This document shows, piece by piece, positions 29,881 to 39,183 of a stretch of 42,614 nucleotides of DNA. The stretch comes from a virus. Its lineage: Duplodnaviria; Caudoviricetes. The stretch spans positions 1 through 42,614 of IMG/VR virus record IMGVR_UViG_3300035180_001879. One strand, given 5' to 3'. The notes beneath the pieces were generated by a model. That model was given only the letters and a program-made list of their open reading frames with translations, made no database searches and was not told where the DNA came from. The first letter of the stretch is position 1. Every line of letters begins with the position of its first letter. A program made the translations under genes and the position numbers.

Positions 29881-32673
29881 CTAGAAAGTTGTTGTGCTAG
29901 CTAGTGGTTGTGCGGGAGAGCGAACAATCACATCATACACCTGTACTTCGATATCTGGAACTGGCTGCAATTCGATAACGAAATGTGCTCTTGACGGTAC
30001 GGCGGCTACGTCCTCAGCAGTAGTAGCATCAGAAAGCCGGAATGCATAAAGACCGCGCTTTGTTTTTATAGAATCAAAAACGGGGTTAATTGTAAGCAGA
30101 AGCCGCCTACGTTCAAGCGCGTCATTGGGGTTAAACTCAGAAGCTAGCGCAAGATTTTGCACCGCCAATTCAGCACTCGCAAGCAATCTGCGAACACTAA
30201 AATAACTAAGCATTGACGCGGTTTTTTGCATGGTCTTGTTGCCCCACACAGTAATCGTACCAGAAATCTTGGCAATGGGGTTGATTTGTACTGAGTATAG
30301 ATTATCCCTATCATTGAGAGTAGGATAGTTTTCGAGTTCTAGGAATTCGGGTACAAGACCCCTGCGCATACCCGCAGCGCCAGCATAAGGAACTTCTGAA
30401 GCGTCAGTCACAGCCAACGCTCTTAGTGCGGCAATTGTAGGCGGCAGCCACACATTGACCTGATTGTAGCTGTCATAAATCTTTCCATAGTTGTAATACA
30501 GGGCTGAATAAGACGAATCAATTCCGCCAAAATCTGCCGAGCGGTAATTGACAGCATCATTTGGGGAAAGACCAGCAGGTACATCAAGAACGCAGACAGA
30601 AAATTTACGTCCCGTGCAAACTTGGTCCATTACCGTTGCTAGTGCTGGTACTGATGACACACCAGGAATAGCTAACACGTCGTAGGGAAGCGTACCATCA
30701 AAAGATTCGATAGCCTGCGCCGAGGCAAGCAAATCTGAATAAGCAGGATCTACAGAGGCTTTGGCTGCGGCGTTAGCGGCACTGATATTGGCAATGTAAT
30801 CAGTGTAGTCTACATCAAACGTACCATCATAACCTCCAATAAGAGTGGAGACATAATATTGTACCGGAACATTGCTAATGGAGCTGACTGCAAAAGACGC
30901 CAAATTTGTGCTAGTGCTTGCTGGTAATGCGCTGAGCTTAACGTAGGATGAATATGTATCTACGTCCTGCACTAAGTCAGACTCTGACATATTTATCCAG
31001 CGCTCTAAAGCGTTACCAGAAGAATCGTACACTAGCAACTCATACTCTGAAGAGTTTTGGTTAAATGAGGAATAAATTTGATACCCATTCCCCCATGTTC
31101 CACGACCCTTGCTAACTGCGGCATATCTATCAAAGTCAGCAAGAGTATAATAGTAATACTTGGTACCGAGTGCTAGCTTGTACATATACTGTCCAGTAAT
31201 GGGAGTTTGTGTGGTAGTTTGACTGACCGCCGCGTTGCCTACTATACGCCAAAGCGCGGTGCCAGAAGGATTGATGTGCGTGGACACTAGATACTGTCCA
31301 TTTTTGACTGGAGCAGTAAGACTGTCCGAAGTGTAGGCTCCAGCATCAGGAACAGGAGAGGCTGTTACACCAACCACAGCATACAGAGTATCTCCGACTG
31401 CAAGAGGAGACGAAGAACCACCTACGATAGTGTTGAGATTAGAAAGCGAGCCTGTGGTATCGTTAGTAGCAAAAGTATCAAAAATGTATTCCGAACTTGC
31501 ATTGCCAGTGAGGGCATCGATAGACACTAGATGTGCATACTTGCTACTAGCTACACCATTAAGACCCAAAGTGATAGCAGAGGTGGGGTGTTTACGTGCT
31601 AAAAGCGTAGGTGTATATGATACCGCATCAGTAAAAGAGCCAGTAGTGCTAACGCCTAGTGCCACAAAGGTATTTGTCGAATCAATGTAGTGAGTAACAT
31701 TTCCAGAAGAACGATAAATAACCCAAAGGTTATAGCCAGCGGGGAGTGCAGGAAGGTTGGAGAATGTAACAGTAGACTTGTTCTCTTTCACTGGGCCTAC
31801 ATTTATTCCCTGTGACAAATACGAATGTGCAGTAATATTATCAAATGTGCCGTCAATGCTATAGGCATAAGCCACTCGGTACACTACTTTGTCTGTACCT
31901 GGTTCAGAAGAATTAACTGTGACTGTAACTCCGCTAGCGTCTGGACCAAACGCGCCTAGTGGATTTGTGTAGGCAGTAACATAACGCAAAGTGTTATCAA
32001 GTGATGTCCAAGAAGCCGTCGCCATATTAGCTTCAGCATCATTGACAGTCAGTGTAGTAGTTGCTGGTGTAGCGGTAGTTTTAGGGAAGAGAACGTTTGA
32101 CGAAAACGCAGGCTCTGCGTGCCCTACATATACGTCTGATGCAATAGTAAGCGGGTAGCTAGGACCTATGCTCAAAGTATTTTCAAAGTCCACGCCATAG
32201 GAGTCGTAGACGTATGTATACTGATTAGCAGTTCCCGCATATCCCGTAATATACAGCTTAAATAAGCCACGAGAATTGTCAATGGGTTTAAGATATATTA
32301 CAATAGGTTTCTGTGCCGCAGAGTTTAGCAAATAACTAGAATTAGTTACGGGTATTTCTACCACACTCGAAGATACGAAGTTTACGTTGACGCTTGTTCC
32401 TATTTTGACAAACTTAGTCGATGTAACGCGCTTGTAATACAACTGGTTGCCGAAACTCAAATACTCCATAGCACCATACGTTCCTGGCATACTCGGTTGC
32501 TGAAAGCCGAACATCTTAACAAAATTTGCTTTCGTAGTAGTCAGGATGGGCTTGTCGTCTCTACCTTGACTAGCTTCGCCAAGAATCAAATAAGGACGAC
32601 CAAACGCACTGCTTGCTACTGCACTCTGGTCTAGTTCATTGATTACTACTTGTGGAGAATTATAAGTGGTCAT
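29881..32673 (-). CDS. Contractile tail sheath protein, gp18-like, with large insertions (930 aa)
   Basis: SPQVVINELDQS N-terminus; GTWGNG; SSYSALYY; AAGMRRG; RDNLYSVQINPI..VWGNKTMQ...VRRLL; FNPND. Confidence 0.96.
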   Translation of the reverse strand: MTTYNSPQVVINELDQSAVASSAFGRPYLILGEASQGRDDKPILTTTKANFVKMFGFQQPSMPGTYGAMEYLSFGNQLYYKRVTSTKFVKIGTSVNVNFVSSSVVEIPVTNSSYLLNSAAQKPIVIYLKPIDNSRGLFKLYITGYAGTANQYTYVYDSYGVDFENTLSIGPSYPLTIASDVYVGHAEPAFSSNVLFPKTTATPATTTLTVNDAEANMATASWTSLDNTLRYVTAYTNPLGAFGPDASGVTVTVNSSEPGTDKVVYRVAYAYSIDGTFDNITAHSYLSQGINVGPVKENKSTVTFSNLPALPAGYNLWVIYRSSGNVTHYIDSTNTFVALGVSTTGSFTDAVSYTPTLLARKHPTSAITLGLNGVASSKYAHLVSIDALTGNASSEYIFDTFATNDTTGSLSNLNTIVGGSSSPLAVGDTLYAVVGVTASPVPDAGAYTSDSLTAPVKNGQYLVSTHINPSGTALWRIVGNAAVSQTTTQTPITGQYMYKLALGTKYYYYTLADFDRYAAVSKGRGTWGNGYQIYSSFNQNSSEYELLVYDSSGNALERWINMSESDLVQDVDTYSSYVKLSALPASTSTNLASFAVSSISNVPVQYYVSTLIGGYDGTFDVDYTDYIANISAANAAAKASVDPAYSDLLASAQAIESFDGTLPYDVLAIPGVSSVPALATVMDQVCTGRKFSVCVLDVPAGLSPNDAVNYRSADFGGIDSSYSALYYNYGKIYDSYNQVNVWLPPTIAALRALAVTDASEVPYAGAAGMRRGLVPEFLELENYPTLNDRDNLYSVQINPIAKISGTITVWGNKTMQKTASMLSYFSVRRLLASAELAVQNLALASEFNPNDALERRRLLLTINPVFDSIKTKRGLYAFRLSDATTAEDVAAVPSRAHFVIELQPVPDIEVQVYDVIVRSPAQPLASTTTF

Positions 32674-32690
32674 CTTTCACCCCTATAAGG

Positions 32691-33080
32691 TTAATTCTTG
32701 TGACTTGTTTTTGAAGCCGACTTAAATGTGGGCTTCAAAGCTCCCTTTCCTCTTTCTTGCTTTTCTTTATTTTCTACTGCTGAAGTTACTATAGCAGACT
32801 CTTCAGAAACTGCTGAAGCTGCCTCTGTTTTTTCGTCGTTTGCTTGCGGCATCTCAGCTTCTGTTTCGGAGGTTTTTGCCGTGGTAGGAATCTCTGCCTG
32901 CAGCAAATCGACGGTAACAAATACGCCTGGCGCACTCTTTGTCAATACGGGATTCTTCGTCTTCGCGTCAACAACAAAGGATTTACACGAAACTCCTTTT
33001 AATACAAATGTCTCTCCAGCATAATTTAGAGCCACAAAACCAGGCGATTTTTTTCTGAAAGTTACAATTTTTTGTGGCAT
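32691..33080 (-). CDS. Hypothetical protein upstream of the sheath (~129 aa)
   Basis: ATG at 33080 follows a purine-rich RBS and is preferred over the track start at 33137; charged low-complexity C-terminus. Confidence 0.7.
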   Translation of the reverse strand: MPQKIVTFRKKSPGFVALNYAGETFVLKGVSCKSFVVDAKTKNPVLTKSAPGVFVTVDLLQAEIPTTAKTSETEAEMPQANDEKTEAASAVSEESAIVTSAVENKEKQERGKGALKPTFKSASKTSHKN

Positions 33081-33153
33081 AATTTTACCCTTCCCTTTCC
33101 TTTCCTCATTGTGAGAGTTATAAAATCCTCTCATCAAAGGTATATTCTCGACA

Positions 33154-33186
33154 CAAAAAGAAAAAGCGTCCCAAAAAGGGGCGCTT
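33154..33186 (-). terminator. Probable Rho-independent terminator
   Basis: Minus strand AAGCGCCCC-TTTTT-GGGACGCTT (one mismatch) followed by TTTCTTTTT. Confidence 0.55.
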
Positions 33187-33218
33187 AAGGATTTAGTAAA
33201 ATTTTTGCTGTTTGACTT

Positions 33219-33485
33219 TTATTGTATAGTAACGTCCTCTACTGTGTGACTGATTTTTGTTATTTCACCACCAAACTCGTTGACCATATACTGAATATCA
33301 GCCAACTCGTCCACAACGTTAGTGTTTTCAGTTCCTAATTGTGTGAGTCTTCTTGCACCTAACTCATCAGCAGAAGGAATATCGTGTTCGATTCGTTCCT
33401 CGTCTGTTTGCAGGAAATGAACTGGCACGAGTTCAGTTACCGACAAGATAATTCGATGTGTAATTACTGCGGTTTTGGCTTTCAT
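33219..33485 (-). CDS. Hypothetical protein (~88 aa)
   Basis: GAGG precedes ATG at 33485, which avoids the overlap created by the track's TTG start at 33521. Confidence 0.65.
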   Translation of the reverse strand: MKAKTAVITHRIILSVTELVPVHFLQTDEERIEHDIPSADELGARRLTQLGTENTNVVDELADIQYMVNEFGGEITKISHTVEDVTIQ

Positions 33486-33504
33486 AATTAGCCTCAACAC
33501 TAGC

Positions 33505-33774
33505 TTATGCGGGACCGTCAACTTGTGCCGACTTCATTGCTAATTGTTCTTGTAACATATCAATCGTCTTTTGTGCCTGTTCAAGATTTTTCTGTAAATT
33601 GTAAACATTTATTTCTAGAGACGACTTCTCGGAATGAAGTTGTGCAATAAGTTGTCCCCTGTTCAAATACATCTGAGTTACTTGGTCTAGCTGAGACCTA
33701 AGCTGTTCTACCTCTGTGGGCTGTTGTGGAGGCTGTGTTACTGTGTCTGGTGACGCAGAACGATTATCTGACAT
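33505..33774 (-). CDS. Small coiled-coil protein (89 aa)
   Basis: AAGGAG RBS; Gln/Leu heptad pattern. Confidence 0.75.
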   Translation of the reverse strand: MSDNRSASPDTVTQPPQQPTEVEQLRSQLDQVTQMYLNRGQLIAQLHSEKSSLEINVYNLQKNLEQAQKTIDMLQEQLAMKSAQVDGPA

Positions 33775-33880
33775 TTTGTTCTCCTTGTGGATTACTCCCC
33801 ATAAGGGGCTTCCTGTTTTAGCGTCAAGATAGACGCGATATGAAAACCTTTCAGCGACCTGCCTACATGTTCTCTCAGTT

Positions 33881-33892
33881 ATAATAGCGAAA
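33881..33892 (-). promoter_or_regulatory. Candidate late promoter element TTTCGCTATTAT (copy 2)
   Basis: Exact 12-mer just after the GT2 stop codon, upstream of the coiled-coil gene. Confidence 0.6.
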
Positions 33893-33898
33893 GTTTCA

Positions 33899-34633
33899 CT
33901 ATATGCTATGGTCTCCCCATTTTTCTATGTATAGCTGTCTATTCAATTCCCAAGAGCGATAAACTGCATCTGCGTCTACCTTACCAAAAGATGCAGATGC
34001 GGGGATGTCTCCAAAACCATGTTGCACAGTTACAAGCGGAGTGACCCCTAGCCTATAACCCCGTAATTTAGCTCTCCTGCACCAATCCATGTCATCACAT
34101 CCATAACCAGTAAACCTTTCGTCTAGTGGCCCTGTGTCGTCCCAAGCTCGACGTGCTATGCAAACAGCAGCAAAACAAATAGTACCTAGAGGGCGAATAG
34201 AGTAATCTTCTCTTTTGTTTGCGTACAACAACTGAGAGCCATTTCCAATCTTACCTTTAGAAATTGCTAAAGCTATTGCTCCATAGGGATGATACTTAAT
34301 CTCTGCAGGCTGACTATGGAGCAACTCTTCTAGCTTTGGAACAAAATCTATAGTATCAAAAATTATGTCGTCATTAAGCAATAGCAAGTCGCTGTTCTTG
34401 TCTAATGCGGCTACGCACAGATTTGTGTTCCTAGCAAACACAAACGGCTTAGGCATCGGTAAGATATTAACACCTACAGCTTGATATTTAGCTTTGCACT
34501 CTTCCGACAGTCCATCGTCTCCAACTACAATTTCACACACGTTTTGCCAATCGGGCTGCATTTCAAATAGGTTGTCTAGCAGCCTAGTCAAATGCTCGTC
34601 ATATTTGCTAAGAATAGTTATGCCTAGCTTCAT
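33899..34633 (-). CDS. Glycosyltransferase family 2 (GT-A fold)
   Basis: IVVGDDG, FVFARNTN, LLLNDD, GPLDERFTGYGCDDMDWCRR motifs; ATG at 34633 preferred over the track's 34654. Confidence 0.92.
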   Translation of the reverse strand: MKLGITILSKYDEHLTRLLDNLFEMQPDWQNVCEIVVGDDGLSEECKAKYQAVGVNILPMPKPFVFARNTNLCVAALDKNSDLLLLNDDIIFDTIDFVPKLEELLHSQPAEIKYHPYGAIALAISKGKIGNGSQLLYANKREDYSIRPLGTICFAAVCIARRAWDDTGPLDERFTGYGCDDMDWCRRAKLRGYRLGVTPLVTVQHGFGDIPASASFGKVDADAVYRSWELNRQLYIEKWGDHSI

Positions 34634-34712
34634 GTCAGGTCTTGACTCCCACAAAAAACAACCCTAATCTGCCTTGCTGTTAAGTTTATAGCTTTTACGT
34701 CCTCGACAAAGC

Positions 34713-35642
34713 TTATAACTGATTTGTACATATCATCCTCGTGATGCCGTCAGTTAGCGTGACTTGCGGAGTCCATCCTGTAGCGGACACAAATGAACTG
34801 ATATCGGCACAAGAATGCTTGATATCCCCTTGCATTTCTGGCTCAAACACAACCTCCACAGACTCACCTAAAGCATTATTAAATATAGCAATAACATCAA
34901 GCAAGGAGATTCCTATTCCTCGTGCTACATTATAGATGCCTCGTAGGTTTACAGCAGAAGTATAGGCTTCTACAGCATCCGAGACATACAAAAAATCTCT
35001 TGTTTGTTTTCCATCACCATAAATAGTCAACGGCTCTCCTTTTGCAATCTTGTTAGTAAAAATGGCAATAACTCCACCATCTTCTGTGCCTCTTTGCCGA
35101 GGACCATATACGTTAAAAAATCTCAATGAAACCCCGATAGAAGAAGCCGCTACAGCAGCAGTCGCTAGATATTTAGATAAAGCATAAGGAGAAGGCCATT
35201 GAATGTCAGAATGGGCTGCGCTTTCCACAAGTTTTTCTTGTGAGTCGCTATTTCCATATTCAGCCGCAGATCCCGCAAACACAAACGAGGTAAAGCCCAA
35301 TTTCTCTGCCTTGGACAACAATGTTACTGTAGAAACATAGTTTACTAGCATAGTGCGACTAGAACTCAGAATCGATGTCTGCACACTAGAAATTGCTGCC
35401 AAATGAAAAATTGTATCTAGTTCAGGATATTCAGTTTTCAAATCATCTAGCAATTCGGGTTCTGTAACTGATCGACCTACAAAATAAAAAGCTGGATATT
35501 TCAGCGCGTTTACAAGGTTATCCATTGAGCCAGTTGACAAATCATCTACGCCTACCACTAGCCAATTATCAGCAAGTAGGCGGTCTACTAGGTGACTTCC
35601 AATAAATCCTGCGGCTCCTGTCACTACACAAGCTTTAGCCAT
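34713..35642 (-). CDS. NAD-dependent nucleotide-sugar epimerase/dehydratase (extended SDR, GalE/WbpP-like; 309 aa)
   Basis: TGAAGFIGS, HLAA, YALSK (YxxxK), LRFFNVYGPRQ, IYGDGKQTRDF; overlaps the upstream gene by 8 nt. Confidence 0.95.
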   Translation of the reverse strand: MAKACVVTGAAGFIGSHLVDRLLADNWLVVGVDDLSTGSMDNLVNALKYPAFYFVGRSVTEPELLDDLKTEYPELDTIFHLAAISSVQTSILSSSRTMLVNYVSTVTLLSKAEKLGFTSFVFAGSAAEYGNSDSQEKLVESAAHSDIQWPSPYALSKYLATAAVAASSIGVSLRFFNVYGPRQRGTEDGGVIAIFTNKIAKGEPLTIYGDGKQTRDFLYVSDAVEAYTSAVNLRGIYNVARGIGISLLDVIAIFNNALGESVEVVFEPEMQGDIKHSCADISSFVSATGWTPQVTLTDGITRMICTNQL

Positions 35643-38493
35643 TGTATGCTCTTAAAATGCTTCCTAGCATTGGTTGAAAAACTTGCAATATCTTGTTAGC
35701 TGTATCGTTGATATTTTCATCGATAAATTGTACTAAGGGGTTGTTATTATATTCTCCACAATACACTGGCAGATTTCGCATCAAGACGGGCATCTGCCAA
35801 CTCAACGCCTCTTTTATGACCAAAGGATTTGTTTCCATTGTAGACGAGAATAGGAATAAGTCCATCGCTCCATAAAAATCATCCAAGTCTGAGACCTCTC
35901 CCCAAATCACACAATTGCTAGGTTTATTCTCCATCAACGGTTTCCAATAATTAGCAAAATTTGGAGCTTGGTTTCCTACAAAATGAAACACGTATTGAGG
36001 CAACAACCTAGCTATCTCGAAAATCTCTCCTTGATTTTTCCAAGGAGCAAAGAGACCGACATTTAGAATGTGCTTCTTGCTGGCATCCAGTTTCAATGAG
36101 TTTAGCGTGGTGGTTCTGTCGGGACGAATATGTGGCTCCAACGTATATATTACTTTCTGTATTGGAATGCCTAGATTAGCAAACTCTTCTGCATGATACT
36201 GTCCTACGACAGCAAAAACATCTGGCATAAACCGCTTTGTCGAAGCTTTGGTGGCAGAGTTATGTGTAGTCTCCACAAGCTTATACGTCCTAGCCTTACT
36301 GTAAATAAAGCTAGCTATATCGTCAGGCAGGAAATTTTCAGGAGCCTCTTGCATGTGAACGATGGTGGGCTTAAATGCTTCCAATATAGCAGCTAGTTGA
36401 TCAAGTTTGTTTTGATTGTCGTTAAGAGTATAAAACTTTGAGAGAGCTTTGATTTTATTGCGTTGCACAACATAGGCGTCCCCAAGAAAATTGTATTCGA
36501 CATAGCCCGTTTTGTGCCCTGCTGCAACCAAGTCTCTGATACATGCGTAAACGTATTGAGGCATACCGCCAGTGCTGCAATGCGGGGCAATAAATAATAC
36601 TCGCTTCTCGTCGTTAGTAGTGATAATCTGACTTGTTTTGGGCTCTCTAACGCCGTCTATTAGTGATTCCCCACCGTCCTCGTGTCTGATGTACCGTTCG
36701 TATGTAATGGCTATGCGCTTATTAGCGGAAGCAAACACTTCGTTATACCAAATATCCGCGCCATACCAAGGAACGGTCTTAAAGCTATGCAATAGAAATT
36801 CTCTACTGCGCCGAGGAAACACTATAAATTGGAGTCCGATTATCTTGTTGGTTAGATACATATCCTCACTGAGACGTTGTAATTCCTCTGACTGCAATAC
36901 GCCAGTAAATACACAGTCTTTATATCCCATGCTGAAATAATCTATTGCATTTGCTATTGCTGTATCGCAGCACCGCAGTAACGTCTCATAAACCTGCTTT
37001 ACGGGCATATCAAGTTGTACGTCTCGCTCACACAAAATCAAGAAATCAGTATCATCAGAAAACTCTTCTTCTACTGCTCGTTTATGCGCAGCCCAACATC
37101 CGTAATGCCCAGGTTTGAGAGGTTGTCCATCTTGCCCCGTTGGATGCAAAGGCTTCAAATCGGGAAGCGTGGTTGTGTAGCCATTATTGTGCTGGGTGTA
37201 CTCAATCCCATATTTGGCTAGCTGTGAAAGGCTTGCGATGCTCGCTTTTTCTACTGGGTCTTCTGGACGCGATAGCAAATGAACGAGTTTTATTTTATAA
37301 GGACATTCTTGCTGTGTCATTTCAGTTTGTTCTATAGGTTTGCCAAACACAATATTATTTATGGCTTCCTTCACCATCTCTGGCGTAATACTAGTGGAAC
37401 ACTCAAAGTTCTTTTCTCGTGGGCACCAATACCAATTACCCTTTTCTAGTGGATACTTTTCCTCATTAAAACAGCCATGACAAACGGAAGGATTGTGAAT
37501 ACGGTAACAGTCAGTCATTTCCGAAATGGGATCGGTAAACCCCGAAATCATTATTACGGGGACGCCTAAAGCCCACGCTAGCCAGCCTGGACCAGTAGAC
37601 ACGGTAATCAAAAACTCTGCGTGCTGAATAATGTTTACTGCATCTTCAATTGCTGTCCCATTCATTCTAACTACATTATCAAGTGACGAGGGCTCCTTAC
37701 TAACTGAAACAACAGTGTAACCGAGCGACGCCAAATAGTCTACAATTGTTTGCCAGCCTCCAGGAAATAGCCAATGTTTGCCATAGAAAGTGGAAAACTC
37801 TGATATAGCGACGTACTTTCCCATTACCAATCTTGGCGCTGACGACCTAGCTACTTTAGTTCTAATCTCAGTGAATGGCAGACCCAAATAGTCTGAGGCT
37901 GCTTTCTGCAAGGGAAGGTGTCTCCACCCGTTCTTGTTTCTGTTTCTGTCCTTTTCGACCACGCCAATATGATAACGAGCATAACAATCGGAACTCATTT
38001 GCCAAGGTTCTTTGAACTTGATATTTGGATACTCGGACTTAAAGAGATTGTTCCAAAATGTTAGTGCTGTAACTTTACATCCATGACGTACTCCGAACTC
38101 CTCAATATATGGCATCCAAGCAATTGTGTCGCCTAAGCTCTTGCTATCAAGAAGTATTTCTACTTCCTTGTCGTGCACATTGAACTCATGCACAAAAACC
38201 AACACGCCGTTTTCATGCACTGTAATACGCCAATTAACATAATACTTCGGACCCGTTTCTGCCCAATGATTGTATTCTAAATCGGTTTCATATACAACCT
38301 TATTAGTATCTTTATCCATAAATGTTACATGATACAGCGCGTTGGTGTCATTGGAGGGCAATTTAGTACCAAGAAAACTAGCGTCTCCTTTTAGGATTTC
38401 TACGCGAGCGCCATTTAGAAACGTAAGCTTTATTGTGTTACCAAAAGGAGTAATTGCAGATAGTCTATCTGTTGACAAGGCAGTCTTTCCCAT
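35635..38493 (-). CDS. Three-domain glycosyltransferase: autotransporter O-heptosyltransferase (Aah/TibC-like) + GT25-like + GT4 (952 aa)
   Basis: Domain 1: SKSLGDTIAWMPY, WLAWALGVPVIMISGFT..E, CHGC...WCPR...FECSTSITPEMV (four-Cys iron finger). Domain 2: GHYGCWAAH...FLILCERD. Domain 3: APHCSTGGMPQY, NVGLFAPWKNQ, DLFLFSS..ETNPLVIKEAL. AGGAG RBS. Confidence 0.85.
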   Translation of the reverse strand: MGKTALSTDRLSAITPFGNTIKLTFLNGARVEILKGDASFLGTKLPSNDTNALYHVTFMDKDTNKVVYETDLEYNHWAETGPKYYVNWRITVHENGVLVFVHEFNVHDKEVEILLDSKSLGDTIAWMPYIEEFGVRHGCKVTALTFWNNLFKSEYPNIKFKEPWQMSSDCYARYHIGVVEKDRNRNKNGWRHLPLQKAASDYLGLPFTEIRTKVARSSAPRLVMGKYVAISEFSTFYGKHWLFPGGWQTIVDYLASLGYTVVSVSKEPSSLDNVVRMNGTAIEDAVNIIQHAEFLITVSTGPGWLAWALGVPVIMISGFTDPISEMTDCYRIHNPSVCHGCFNEEKYPLEKGNWYWCPREKNFECSTSITPEMVKEAINNIVFGKPIEQTEMTQQECPYKIKLVHLLSRPEDPVEKASIASLSQLAKYGIEYTQHNNGYTTTLPDLKPLHPTGQDGQPLKPGHYGCWAAHKRAVEEEFSDDTDFLILCERDVQLDMPVKQVYETLLRCCDTAIANAIDYFSMGYKDCVFTGVLQSEELQRLSEDMYLTNKIIGLQFIVFPRRSREFLLHSFKTVPWYGADIWYNEVFASANKRIAITYERYIRHEDGGESLIDGVREPKTSQIITTNDEKRVLFIAPHCSTGGMPQYVYACIRDLVAAGHKTGYVEYNFLGDAYVVQRNKIKALSKFYTLNDNQNKLDQLAAILEAFKPTIVHMQEAPENFLPDDIASFIYSKARTYKLVETTHNSATKASTKRFMPDVFAVVGQYHAEEFANLGIPIQKVIYTLEPHIRPDRTTTLNSLKLDASKKHILNVGLFAPWKNQGEIFEIARLLPQYVFHFVGNQAPNFANYWKPLMENKPSNCVIWGEVSDLDDFYGAMDLFLFSSTMETNPLVIKEALSWQMPVLMRNLPVYCGEYNNNPLVQFIDENINDTANKILQVFQPMLGSILRAYNG

Positions 38494-38658
38494 TGCTTAA
38501 ACTCCTATGAGAGATGAGCACAAAGGTCCATAAAAGATACGCAAAATTAATAGAAATGCGATTTCAAATAGAAGATAAGCCCACGAAAAGTTAGATGCAG
38601 GAATAAGTCTGATGCCTTATCTCCTATTGAGTGACGTGCTCGTGTGCTCTTTTCGTTT

Positions 38659-38670
38659 ATAATAGCGAAA
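38659..38670 (-). promoter_or_regulatory. Candidate late promoter element TTTCGCTATTAT (copy 3)
   Basis: Exact 12-mer about 165 nt upstream of the glycosylation operon start. Confidence 0.6.
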
Positions 38671-38710
38671 CCCCAAATGGTCGGCGTACATAGAAAAGAC
38701 GATGTTTTGG

Positions 38711-38836
38711 ATAACTGTCCCCGTCAATGTTTCGCTCTGGTTTAATCGCAAGCTAGTTCATAGTCTGCAAGCTTCCTATAGCAATCCCATTCACCGTTGC
38801 TACGATTGTGGGTCTACTAGGCGAGACGTATTCCCG
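38711..38836 (-). pseudogene. Decayed copy of the 3' end of the 76-aa gene (39184..39309)
   Basis: Gapless 126-nt manual alignment, 81/126 identical; translates REYVSPSRPTIVATVNGIAIGSLQTMN*LAI..., with an internal TAG and no start codon. Confidence 0.8.
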
Positions 38837-38842
38837 TTCTCT

Positions 38843-39172
38843 TTATGACTCCGTTGTAATTGGCTCTGGGTGCTGCGCTGCTTTAGCTTTAGCCCACGCC
38901 ACCATCGTTTCTGCCATTTGCCGCAGTTGATCATCTAGCGCTAGGATAGCCTGCTGTGTGAGTCCCGCTGCTATCATATCCTGTACGGTGAAATCGTAGC
39001 GTACGTTGGATTCGGGCTTGTGATATTGCTGCCCTGCTGCGTTGACATCTCCTGGCGCAGATAATTCACCTGCAGCCTCGAATATCGTACAGCTAGCACC
39101 ATCACGGTGAAGTTGAATTTCTTGGATGTAATGCTCTACTGTTTTAGAGATTGTTTGACTATCGTATCCCAT
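38843..39172 (-). CDS. Hypothetical protein, possible fibre chaperone (109 aa)
   Basis: GGAGG RBS; small gene downstream of the fibre cluster; function inferred from position only. Confidence 0.7.
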   Translation of the reverse strand: MGYDSQTISKTVEHYIQEIQLHRDGASCTIFEAAGELSAPGDVNAAGQQYHKPESNVRYDFTVQDMIAAGLTQQAILALDDQLRQMAETMVAWAKAKAAQHPEPITTES

Positions 39173-39183
39173 TGTGACCTCCC

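Noticed and set aside
12109-32673. Bacterial eCIS/tailocin or T6SS locus rather than a phage
   Set aside because: gp26/gp51-like chaperones, a lytic tape measure, many large fibres and no visible Afp15-like ATPase or T6SS membrane genes favour a myophage. Not fully excluded, because no head genes lie in the window.
33797-33836. Two small hairpins (GCGTC/GACGC and CCCC/GGGG) in the leader of the coiled-coil gene
   Set aside because: Stems of 4-5 bp with no U-tract are too weak to call an RNA element.
34713-35642. Calling the epimerase hldD/rfaD because it neighbours a heptosyltransferase
   Set aside because: Motifs look like generic GalE/WbpP-type extended SDRs; the substrate cannot be assigned by eye.
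38753-38755. Stop-codon reassignment (TAG=Gln), suggested by the in-frame TAG in the remnant
   Set aside because: All long genes are intact under the standard code, and several end in TAG right before the next gene.
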